Shown here: in pieces, positions 7,498-16,700 of the stretch
Layout: every line of letters starts with the position of its first letter
Numbering within the stretch: the first letter of the stretch is position 1
IMG/VR virus record: IMGVR_UViG_3300020337_000015
Coordinates: 1 to 26,464 of that record
Length of the DNA stretch: 26,464 nt
Strand: one strand, 5' to 3'
Origin: a virus
Lineage: Duplodnaviria; Caudoviricetes
Notes under the pieces: model-generated
What the model saw: only the letters and a program-made list of their open reading frames with translations
What the model was told of the DNA's origin: nothing
The model's database searches: none
Position numbers and translations under genes: made by a program

Positions 7498-8183
7498 TAG
7501 TAATTTCCTTTCCATTGCATTTTAGACCAAGCCTCGTTCCATGATCTTTCTATAAACATAGAAGTTTTTATATTATCTTCTGATGCGTTCCAACCTTCTC
7601 TACTCAAATTATGATCACAAACATCATAATAGTATTTTTGATCTTTTCTTTTTTTAATCCAATCATTTCTACAATCATTCCAGGATTGATTTAAACCTAT
7701 GCCTTCATAAACACCTTCGGGACAACCAGAAAAACTACAAAGACTAGAGTTTTTTTCTTCTTGATTGTTTATTTTTTCTTCGTCTAACATTGTAAATGCG
7801 TAAACAAAAATATTTTCTCCAGCATGACCCTCAACATTATTTCTTAATTTTAAATTATTTCCCATTATAAATAAAACACCTTTTTTAAGTATTCCTGATT
7901 TGTAAACCTTATCTCTAAAAGATTTGTAACTATCACTATAGAATTCAGCTTGACTTCTAATTGGTTTTATTTCTATAAAATATCTATCTGCAGAAATACT
8001 AGTCCCACAATGATGTGGTTCTACCTCAGAAAAAAGTTCAAAATCTGGTTGGTATCCATAAACATCTTTAACTTCTGGTTCATATTCTATATTCCATCCA
8101 ATTTTTTTCATAAAAATATAGTGTCTACATTCTAATTTACTTCTAAATTCTATTCCTTGATATGTTATTGGTATTGCTTGCAT
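7497..8183 (-). CDS. PD-(D/E)xK endonuclease
   Basis: FRSKLE...YEPE...YQPDF...IEIKP catalytic pattern; start at ATG 8183 after AGGA. Confidence 0.8.
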   Translation of the reverse strand: MQAIPITYQGIEFRSKLECRHYIFMKKIGWNIEYEPEVKDVYGYQPDFELFSEVEPHHCGTSISADRYFIEIKPIRSQAEFYSDSYKSFRDKVYKSGILKKGVLFIMGNNLKLRNNVEGHAGENIFVYAFTMLDEEKINNQEEKNSSLCSFSGCPEGVYEGIGLNQSWNDCRNDWIKKRKDQKYYYDVCDHNLSREGWNASEDNIKTSMFIERSWNEAWSKMQWKGNY

Positions 8184-8191
8184 GTTTTTTC

Positions 8192-8266
8192 CTATGTTAT
8201 TAAATGAAGATAGATCCACAAAGCAGTAAACATTGTTATTGCTGCTAAATCCATGGCTGCTATCAA
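8192..8266 (-). CDS. 24-aa hydrophobic peptide
   Basis: AAGGAG SD, TTG start overlapping the primase stop (TTGA; alternative ATG 8254): MIAAMDLAAITMFTALWIYLHLIT. Not in ORF track. Confidence 0.5.
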   Translation of the reverse strand: MIAAMDLAAITMFTALWIYLHLIT

Positions 8267-9756
8267 TAATTCTCCTTTTTAAATGTTTTTGGTTTGTATG
8301 TTTCTATTTTTTTATCAAATCTAGCTACAACAAATACAGACAGTTTTGTTTTACCTACACGTTTAGTTGTACAATTTAGATCATCTTTTAACATCTGCGA
8401 TGTTCTTTGATATGGAACTCTCCAATGTTTTCTTGATAAATAATTATTAAAGAAGTTATCAAATACAAAGTGATGAAAGCCATCTTTAGTATAAGTACCA
8501 CCATTACGTAAGTCTTCATAATCGTCTTTCTGTATTCTGTTTACGCAATAATCTTCCAAATAATTATTTAATATATCTTTTGTACTTGTACCTTCTGCAG
8601 GTTCCGTGATTTCTGCATTAGTTAATAATGCAGTTGTAACTTTTTTCCAATCACCAACTTTTACTGTTGGTGGATTTATTCTTAATTGTTTAATACATTC
8701 TTCTTGAAATAAAACTTGATTAGCTAAATGTTTTGCTGAATCTAAATACAATCTATTTCCATCTACATTCATGTAATAGTAAGGCTCTTCCAGGTTAACT
8801 ACTTGTAAATCTGTTAGACTTGGAAACACTGGTTCTTGACCTATACCAAATTTTCTTTTTTTACATAATTTTTTATCACACAAACTACACATAGGTTGGT
8901 CATTACATTTATAACCCCACTCTTTTTTATCGTGTTGTTTTGTAATTATATTTACTTCTGTGTCTGACAATGGTTGTTCCATTGCAGTTTCATTAAATAC
9001 TATTACTTTTGATTTCCAATTGTCAGGCCATTTTTGTTTTGCATACACACCATAATGAAATAGTGCATTGTTTCTACCACCTTCCCCAATTTTATTTTCT
9101 GCCATTAGTTCAATACATGGTGGTCCATCAGAGTATGGAGTCTCCGGTCTTTTAACTTCTATTGTTTTGATGTCTTGTTGTTTATATCTTTCGTAGAGTT
9201 CAAAAAAAACATCTATACTAGCAGCTTCGCCATCCTCCATAAAGGCGTATCTTGTTGTTTGACCACAATTAAAATATGGTAAATTTAAAAAGTTTCCTGT
9301 ATCATCTTTTGATTTTAATTCTCTTTGTTTAGGAAATACTTCTGATCCACCATAACCTAATACAGATCTAATCTCATTTAATTTATCTTGCATCAAACCT
9401 GCTGATACATAATTTTCTGTAAATAAAAATACGTGAGCACCACCAGACTTTGATCTACATACTACTAGTGGTAATTGAAATTGTTTTATCTTGTTAATTA
9501 ATTTCTTGTGATCAAATTCTGCGTAAGAGTCAATGTCTATACATCCCCACTTACATTTGTTATCATCATCAATTGGTATAATACCTAAACTGTCAGCACC
9601 GTCTAAATGTTTTTGCCACAACTCATCTGTGACTGGTTCTCGTTTAACAAACGATTTACCTTTAATCTTGTTGCCGTCACCGTTTGATTCACCAACTAAA
9701 GTGACACCATGTGCACGGTCTAATCCATAAAATATATTTTTAAATCTTTCTATCAT
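8263..9756 (-). CDS. Archaeo-eukaryotic-type primase (prim-pol) with PriCT-like domain
   Basis: Motif I CIDID, motif II SKSGGAHVF, GEGGRNNALF PriCT-like motif, Cys cluster YKC..MCSLC...C; no Walker A. Confidence 0.82.
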   Translation of the reverse strand: MIERFKNIFYGLDRAHGVTLVGESNGDGNKIKGKSFVKREPVTDELWQKHLDGADSLGIIPIDDDNKCKWGCIDIDSYAEFDHKKLINKIKQFQLPLVVCRSKSGGAHVFLFTENYVSAGLMQDKLNEIRSVLGYGGSEVFPKQRELKSKDDTGNFLNLPYFNCGQTTRYAFMEDGEAASIDVFFELYERYKQQDIKTIEVKRPETPYSDGPPCIELMAENKIGEGGRNNALFHYGVYAKQKWPDNWKSKVIVFNETAMEQPLSDTEVNIITKQHDKKEWGYKCNDQPMCSLCDKKLCKKRKFGIGQEPVFPSLTDLQVVNLEEPYYYMNVDGNRLYLDSAKHLANQVLFQEECIKQLRINPPTVKVGDWKKVTTALLTNAEITEPAEGTSTKDILNNYLEDYCVNRIQKDDYEDLRNGGTYTKDGFHHFVFDNFFNNYLSRKHWRVPYQRTSQMLKDDLNCTTKRVGKTKLSVFVVARFDKKIETYKPKTFKKENY

Positions 9757-9800
9757 ACAAAATAAAAGCGGGCGTCTTCACGCTAGCTTAGACGCCCACT
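9757..9800 (-). terminator. Rho-independent terminator-like hairpin
   Basis: Minus strand AGTGGGCGTCT-N12-AGACGCCCGCT followed by TTTATTTT. Confidence 0.75.
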
Positions 9801-9814
9801 ACCTAGGATACTGG

Positions 9815-10567
9815 TTAGTAGTTAGAAGATCCTTTTGTAGTTTCTTCTGTACCGTGTTTAGCTTGTACTTCACCTTTACCTACTGATTCCGCAAAAGATT
9901 TAGCCATATCATATATAGCTTTATCTGTTACAGGACCAACTTTAGCTACATCCCAACCAAACCATGTTCCTTTGTCATTAGACATCTGAACGGTTGATAG
10001 TTTATAAATGTGGCTATAAGTAGGCGGTGTGAATAAACCGTTTTTACCTTGCATCTTGATACCCATCATCATTGAGTTCCATTTTCTACTAACTTTAAGT
10101 TGAGTAGACTTCATAGAAATCAAAGCTGTTTGTGGGTTTTCTCCAAGAGTCAATACAAAATGACTAGCAGTATTATCAAGATAATTACCATTTGGTAATC
10201 TGTCTTTGTAATCCTTACCTCTAGTCGTCTGACTTACAATATCACTATCTGCATCGTGCATTGCAACAGGTGCACCTGTACTGGTACCTCTGTCTTGCCA
10301 TTCAATGTACTGTCTTTTGTAATGAGCCGGTACAACTTGTATAGTGTCGTACAGTTCATTAGTTACAGTATTTATTATTTTGCCAGGTTCTGCACCCTCG
10401 ACATATTTACCATCACGCTTGTTTACTTCTGGTGATAGTTGGCCCAAAATTTTTAAGAAAGGCAACGCAAGATCTTCTTGCGATATATTTTGAGCGCCTT
10501 GTGCTGCATCAGCTTCCATATCAAATGTTGCTAATGCGCCTTCTTTTTTTTCTGCTACTTGGTTCAT
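9815..10567 (-). CDS. Putative ssDNA-binding/recombination protein
   Basis: 250-aa ORF (DLALPFLKILGQLSP, aromatic WFGW near C-terminus) in replication operon upstream of primase; function from context and recalled similarity. Confidence 0.55.
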   Translation of the reverse strand: MNQVAEKKEGALATFDMEADAAQGAQNISQEDLALPFLKILGQLSPEVNKRDGKYVEGAEPGKIINTVTNELYDTIQVVPAHYKRQYIEWQDRGTSTGAPVAMHDADSDIVSQTTRGKDYKDRLPNGNYLDNTASHFVLTLGENPQTALISMKSTQLKVSRKWNSMMMGIKMQGKNGLFTPPTYSHIYKLSTVQMSNDKGTWFGWDVAKVGPVTDKAIYDMAKSFAESVGKGEVQAKHGTEETTKGSSNY

Positions 10568-10569
10568 GT

Positions 10570-11121
10570 TTATTTGTTCCTTTTTATTGTTGTCTTATTC
10601 TCTGAGAATACCCCAAAGATTTCCGTTGGCATTTCTTTACCTGCCTCAATACGCTCACGGACTAGCGCTTTCAGAGTCATGGGTTCAACCTTCATCTTTT
10701 GTGTCGGTTGAAACCCTTGACCCTTCGCAAGTTCAGCATATGTTGCTGCCTTGTTATCCTCGTTACGACCAAATGATACCAAGATCTCGTTCTTAATAAT
10801 ATCACCTAATCCATTGTCCCGAAGCCAGTTAAACGCCGTCTCTTTATTTGCTTCTGTAATAGTAGCACGATACGTCGTTGAAACTTTAAGATGCGATCCA
10901 TCTTGTAGTTTTAATTCTGCTAAACCCATCTCGGACATCATAGTCGGTATAACCTCCCCTGATATACGTTGGTATTCTTTTTTTAAATCTTTTATATTGT
11001 TCTCACTTGTCTCTATTCTTTTATGTAACCCCTCTAACATTTCTACTTGATCTGCAAGAGACTGAATGTTTTCAGTTTTCTTCATCGCGTCTTGTTGGTC
11101 TTGTTCAAAATTAATTGTCAT
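10570..11121 (-). CDS. Hypothetical replication-module protein (N-terminal coiled coil)
   Basis: 183-aa ORF, AGGAG SD; AFNWLRDNGLGDIIKN...VEPMTLKALVRE pattern typical of phage genes next to SSBs. Confidence 0.8.
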   Translation of the reverse strand: MTINFEQDQQDAMKKTENIQSLADQVEMLEGLHKRIETSENNIKDLKKEYQRISGEVIPTMMSEMGLAELKLQDGSHLKVSTTYRATITEANKETAFNWLRDNGLGDIIKNEILVSFGRNEDNKAATYAELAKGQGFQPTQKMKVEPMTLKALVRERIEAGKEMPTEIFGVFSENKTTIKRNK

Positions 11122-11479
11122 CTATTTCTCCTTTCTCGTATAGATTAATTTCAATAGGATAATATTTTCTTTCTTGTTTATCCCACTTCAATACATTGTA
11201 TTTTCCGTTTGTAATATCAGATACAATAGAACACGCAACACCAATGATTGCAGGATCCCCTGTTAATAATAAATAATCATCTGGTGTATAATCTTTTAAA
11301 CCTTTTCTTAATTTATAAATTAATGGACCAGGAGAAAATATCATTTGAGAAAACTCTGGTAATAAAAAATTAAAATCATTGGTTGTAGAATAAGCAGCTG
11401 CACCCATAATATTTATTTTAGGAGTACCTGCTTTACTACCTGGTATTTCTTGTATTACGTAAACTTTTCTTTCTGACAT
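11111..11479 (-). CDS. Hypothetical protein, first gene of replication operon
   Basis: ATG 11479 (MSERKVYVIQE...DYLLLTGDPAIIG). Confidence 0.8.
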   Translation of the reverse strand: MSERKVYVIQEIPGSKAGTPKINIMGAAAYSTTNDFNFLLPEFSQMIFSPGPLIYKLRKGLKDYTPDDYLLLTGDPAIIGVACSIVSDITNGKYNVLKWDKQERKYYPIEINLYEKGEIDDN

Positions 11480-11515
11480 TGACAAACAATATAAACATGT
11501 TTATATTAATGTCAA
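11479..11515. promoter_or_regulatory. Overlapping divergent sigma70 promoters around a 20-bp perfect palindrome
   Basis: +: TTGACA(11479-84)-N17-TATATT(11502-07); -: TTGACA(11515-10)-N16-TATATT(11493-88); AATATAAACATGTTTATATT palindrome 11488-11507. Confidence 0.8.
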
Positions 11516-11536
11516 CTAGAAAGAAGAAAATAAATT

Positions 11537-12967
11537 ATGGATTATAAATTTAAAACTAAACCCTATGCACATCAATTAACTGCATTGGAAAAATCTTGGA
11601 ACAAAGAAAACTACGCCTACTTTATGGAGATGGGTACAGGTAAAACAAAAGTATTAATAGATAATGTTGCTATGTTATATGACAAAGGCAAGATAGATGG
11701 TGCTTTAATTATTGCTCCTAAAGGTGTTGTTAAAACTTGGTACGAACAAGAACTTCCTATACATTTACCAGACCATATAGAAAATGTGTCTGTATTATGG
11801 CAACCTAATATTACAAAAACACAACAAGAAAAATTAGATACACTATTTGAAATAGATAGCGCACTACATATTTTAGTTATGAATGTTGAAGCATTATCTA
11901 CAGAAAAAGGTGTTAAGTTTGCAACTAAATTTATTAACTCTCATAAAGCTATGATGGCTATTGATGAGTCTACTACAATTAAAACACCTACAGCTAGACG
12001 TACTAAAAATATTATTAAGATAGGTATCAATGCTAAGTACAAAAGAATTATGACAGGTTCTCCTATTACAAAAAATCCGCTTGATTTGTATACACAGTGC
12101 GAGTTCCTTGATCCGTGGTTATTGGATTTTAGTTCTTACTACGCGTTCCGTAACCGTTATGCTGAAATGAAAACAATGCATGTACACGGACGTTCTATTC
12201 AAGTGGTAGATAAGTTCCAAAATCTAGGAGAGTTATCAGATACTGTAAAACAATTTTCTTACAGAGTATTAAAAGAAGATTGTTTGGACCTACCTCCTAA
12301 AAACTTTATTAAAAGACATATAACCTTGACCCCTGATCAAAAGAAAGTTTATGAGCAAATGAAGAAAGCAGCAATAGCTGTGCTTAATGGTAAGGTTACA
12401 ACTACTATGACTGTGCTAACACAGCTTATGAGACTACATCAAATTACATGTGGTTATGTAACCGCTGATGATGGAACCACACAACAAGTTGAGAGCAATA
12501 GACTTAATGAATTAATGTCTATTCTTGAAGAAACAGAAGGTAAAGTTATTATATGGGCCAACTATCAATTAAGTGTGGGTGAGATTATACAGAGATTAAT
12601 TAAAGTATATGGCAAAGATTCGTATGTTCATTACTATGGTTTAACACCACAAGAAGATAGACAAGACTTTATTCGTAAGTTTCAAAACGATCCTAAATGT
12701 AGATTTATTATAGGCACACCTCAAACAGGTGGTTATGGTATTACACTTACTCAAGCTAATACTGTTATTTATTATTCTAATGGTTATGATCTAGAAAAGA
12801 GACTGCAATCAGAAGACAGAGCACACAGAATAGGACAAAAGAAAACAGTGACCTATATTGATCTGATTTGCGAGGACACTGTCGACGAGAAGATTGTGAA
12901 GGCTTTAAGAAATAAAATAAATATTGCATCTGAAGTTATGGGTGAAGAATTAAGAGATTGGATCTAA
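11537..12967 (+). CDS. SNF2-family (SF2) helicase
   Basis: MEMGTGKT, AIDEST, TGSP, GYGITL, QSEDRAHRIGQ. Confidence 0.93.
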   Translation: MDYKFKTKPYAHQLTALEKSWNKENYAYFMEMGTGKTKVLIDNVAMLYDKGKIDGALIIAPKGVVKTWYEQELPIHLPDHIENVSVLWQPNITKTQQEKLDTLFEIDSALHILVMNVEALSTEKGVKFATKFINSHKAMMAIDESTTIKTPTARRTKNIIKIGINAKYKRIMTGSPITKNPLDLYTQCEFLDPWLLDFSSYYAFRNRYAEMKTMHVHGRSIQVVDKFQNLGELSDTVKQFSYRVLKEDCLDLPPKNFIKRHITLTPDQKKVYEQMKKAAIAVLNGKVTTTMTVLTQLMRLHQITCGYVTADDGTTQQVESNRLNELMSILEETEGKVIIWANYQLSVGEIIQRLIKVYGKDSYVHYYGLTPQEDRQDFIRKFQNDPKCRFIIGTPQTGGYGITLTQANTVIYYSNGYDLEKRLQSEDRAHRIGQKKTVTYIDLICEDTVDEKIVKALRNKINIASEVMGEELRDWI

Positions 12968-13440
12968 ACTAGGTCTACTGCTTTTCCAATAATAGGTTTG
13001 TATTTAGTTTTCTTTTCTTCTCTATAAGCATGCATGTATTGATGTCTAGGATTGAAGGGTATATAACTTGCGTGGATCCATCCACTATTGGGTTGTCCGG
13101 GTGTGTAGTACTCGAGAATCAATTGATCCGTCTCTAAATTTTGTTTTACCCAATCAGCAACTTCAGCATTGTCAACTCCCATACACTCGAAGTCAACCGC
13201 CTCAGCTTTTGAATGTTGGCTGGTCAAACTCGATCCTATGGCTACACACAACTCAGGTGAACGATAGCCGCTGGTGACCTTGACTCTACCAAACTGGTCC
13301 CGTACTGGCTGTAAAATATTTTCACACAATGCTTTTAATTTATCTATTTGATCTGCATTAGGTTCATTATCTATACCTTTACGTATTGCTGTGTCTGATT
13401 TGGTTAATTCCTGGAGAGAAAAATTTCTAGAAAGTTGCAT
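12964..13440 (-). CDS. Peptidase M15A-family endolysin
   Basis: LSRNFSLQEL, SGYRS, SQHSKAEAVD (H-x6-D), WIH zinc-ligand motifs. Confidence 0.9.
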   Translation of the reverse strand: MQLSRNFSLQELTKSDTAIRKGIDNEPNADQIDKLKALCENILQPVRDQFGRVKVTSGYRSPELCVAIGSSLTSQHSKAEAVDFECMGVDNAEVADWVKQNLETDQLILEYYTPGQPNSGWIHASYIPFNPRHQYMHAYREEKKTKYKPIIGKAVDLV

Positions 13441-13441
13441 T

Positions 13442-13621
13442 TTATTTCATTAAGTTCATGAGTAAAGCTAAAACAAGTGATCCCATTCCTGCAATAATCA
13501 TATATTCTATTCTTTTAATACGTTCTTTCATTTCTTTTATTTGCTCAAAAGTTTGTTTCTGCATAATTCGACAAAGCTTTTCATGCTCATCTATTTTCTG
13601 TAATGCAGATCTTTTAGTCAT
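13442..13621 (-). CDS. Holin-like / XhlA-like membrane protein (59 aa)
   Basis: Manual translation MTKRSALQKIDEHEKLCRIMQKQTFEQIKEMKERIKRIEYMIIAGMGSLVLALLMNLMK: coiled coil plus C-terminal TM, immediately upstream of endolysin. Not in ORF track. Confidence 0.7.
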   Translation of the reverse strand: MTKRSALQKIDEHEKLCRIMQKQTFEQIKEMKERIKRIEYMIIAGMGSLVLALLMNLMK

Positions 13622-13704
13622 TATTTTGTAACCCCCGCTACAAAAGAAACCCGATAGGATAAACCTATCACACCGCCCAAACTTTTAATTTTGTTTATCA
13701 TCAT
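13621..13704 (-). CDS. 27-aa mini-ORF bridging large virion gene and holin-like gene
   Basis: MMINKIKSLGGVIGLSYRVSFVAGVTK; ATGA overlap upstream and TAATG overlap downstream. Confidence 0.4.
   Translation of the reverse strand: MMINKIKSLGGVIGLSYRVSFVAGVTK
13624..13670 (-). promoter_or_regulatory. Tandem RNA hairpins upstream of lysis genes
   Basis: mRNA UGAUAGG-UUUAU-CCUAUCG (13670-13652) then UUUUGUAGC-GGGG-GUUACAAAA (13645-13624) ending 2 nt before the holin-like AUG. Confidence 0.6.
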
Positions 13705-16700
13705 GTTCGTCTCGCAATAACTTGTTCTGAAGGAGATAATAATGCACTCTCTGTTCTTGTCAACCCTGTTTGAGGATTGACATTTTGTGCTGTTTTTATT
13801 GTAGGTTGAGGTGTGTTTGGTAATGGTGCTGCTTGTGGTTTACTTGTAAATCCAGGTGCTCCAGGTAGTGTCATATCTTTTAACATACTTGGTATTTGTT
13901 TTATTTTTTGTTGAATGAAACCTTCTTCTTTTAATGGTTGACCATTGTCATCATATATTAATCTACCTTCTTTATCTGTTTGATAAGTTTCATTATCAGG
14001 GTTGTAGCCACCTTCTCTTTGTCCTGTTTCTTCATTAAATGTTTTAGGAAAAAATTTAATTCCATTATATTTTCCTATAACTTTATCTAATTCTCTTTGT
14101 GGAAATAAAAAATTTCTATTTGCTCTATATCTAAACTCTTCATTATCTTTACTTAAATTTCTCATTTGATCTTTTACTGTTCTAACTTTACTTTCAAATC
14201 TAGGTTTAGAATAATTAACTGGAGTAAATCTTCCAGCTAATAAATTATTAATAATTTTTCTTGATGTACCTGATCTTTTCATAATTTCAAATATTTTAGA
14301 TTTTTTTAAATCTAATAATTCCAAGTCTTTAATTCTAATATACATATCTTTTTGTATTCTATAGGCTTCTTTTTGCATTTCATTAAATGTGTTGATCATG
14401 TCTGTTGGTGTTTTGTTAGCAAAATCTTTTACGTCATAAAAACCTTCTGTTTCATCAACAGCTCTTAACAATCTATTCATTGTAGATGTAAAATATCTAA
14501 GATCTTTTTTAACATCAATTCTAATGATCCGTGTTCCAGTAAACAATGCTAGTAATTCATCAGACAAGTTAACTGGTTTACCGCCTTTAGTTAAATCTTT
14601 GGATAACGCATCACCTATTTTCTGACCACTTGTTATTATACCAGGCTTAACACCATCTAATACATAAGTTAATGATTTAATAAATTTATCTCCAAGATCA
14701 TCTGATTGTGTATACACAGATCCTCCACCATCTTTTCTACCATTTCTAGTAGTAACATCTATAAATCTATCGAAACCTAAAGGTTCAGATATAAATGGTT
14801 CTAAAAATTTCATCACAGGACCTTCGTCTCCAAACATTAAATTCATAACAAATTGTTCTGTTTCTTGTGGGTTTAAATTTTGTTTTTGTGCTTGTGCAAG
14901 TGCAGCATCTAATGGTTGATATAAACTATCATAAGGACTAAAATATGAAAAATTAATTGCAGCACTTTCGCCATTTTTCCAACCTTTAACAGCCAACAAG
15001 TTGGATGTTGCATCCCAAGAGGCAGCTGATGATCTTTTGTACGCGTTCCACTGTGAATCTGTTGAGTTAGTTAAGAACTGTGAAAGTTCTGTAAACCCTT
15101 TTCCAACTGCATAACTAGTCATGAAAGCACCTGTTAATCTTCTTATACCCATCTGCTGTATTGCTCTGTTAGGGTGTGCAGCTTCTTTTAGACCTGTGCT
15201 AATAATATTAGCACCTGTTCTAAGTATCTCTGCTGGAAAAGATATAAAGTTTCCAAGAGGAAGCTTTCTTAATTCTTGAATAACAGGAGGTACTTTACTA
15301 TATGTTGGGTAAGTATTTCTTAAAAGATAAGCAGAACCTTCTTCTATTGCATCGTCAAATGTTTTTTTAACCCCTGTGATTTGATTAATAGGCTCAAACT
15401 CTTTACCCATATATCTAAACCATTCTTTAACTTCATCTAAATTTTTTAAAGCCATTGACAGTTGTGACTTACCATATTCAAAACCATAACCTTTCCACAA
15501 GTTATCTCCACCTGCGTACAATCTTGCAACTTTATCTGTAGGTGCCATCTTCATTAGTTTGTCAAACAAAGCATCTGTAGTATTTATAGAACCCTCTTTT
15601 ATTTGACTTAAAACTGACTTCATTTCTGATGCTACAACGTTCTCATCCCACACGCCTAGTCTAACTAATTTTTCAACATAGTTATTAAACTCTACTTCAT
15701 CAATTTTATTACCACCTGCTTTAAATATATCTCTTGCAACAATTCTCATTGCATCTGTAACACTTGCTTTACTACCAACGTGACCATTCATTAGTGCAAA
15801 GAAAGAAGCTGATGTAACATTTCTAACTTGTGTTTGTGGTGAGTATAATGTTTTACCAATCTGTACACCAACCTTAGCTTGCAATGCGTGACGATAAAAA
15901 GCCATTTGTACTAATTTATCTAATGTGCCTCCCATACCTGCAAACCCTTCTACGTATTCCGGTGATGCCCATTTGTTTAACAATTGTGATTTCATTATAC
16001 CTAATCTTGGAACACTTTTGATTTGTTGTGCACCAATAAAACCTGCATTAACTGCATCCTCTACACTATTAAACAACCAACCATTTTTTAAACCAGACTG
16101 TGCTATATAATCTGCAGCTTTTTTATTAGCCATAGATGAAATAGCTTCTGATGTAGTATAAGCAACAGATGCTTTTAAATTTCTTTCAGGTCCTAATAAA
16201 TTTTTAATTTCGTTTGGTAATTCTTCTCCTGTTTTTAAAAATTTAAATTTATCATTTTGTAATATACGAGTTCCTATTTCTTTTAATTGTTTTAGTGGTG
16301 CCTTACCTTCTGCTTTACCTGTTCTTAGTATATCTTCTGCATGCATTTTAGCAGATTCAACATAAGCTTGTTCTGGTTTTAATTTTGGAAAAGTATTTCT
16401 AGCAGACTCTCTTAAATTTATATTTTTTTTAATTACATTATTAACTAAATAGTCAATTGCTTTATTTAACACTTGTTCGTCTGGAACATACTCTGGGTTT
16501 CTAAATGTTTGAAACGATCTAACTAAATACTTACCAATGTTATTTATTTCAACTGTTGCTAAATCTTTTGCTAACTCATCCGCTTCTCTACCTTTAGGTA
16601 ATACTTTTTTAAACTCTCCAACAATGCTTTTAATATCTTTAGATAGATCCTTAGATAGTGCTTGTAGTTCTTGTGGTAGATCATTTAAACTTCTTTGTCC

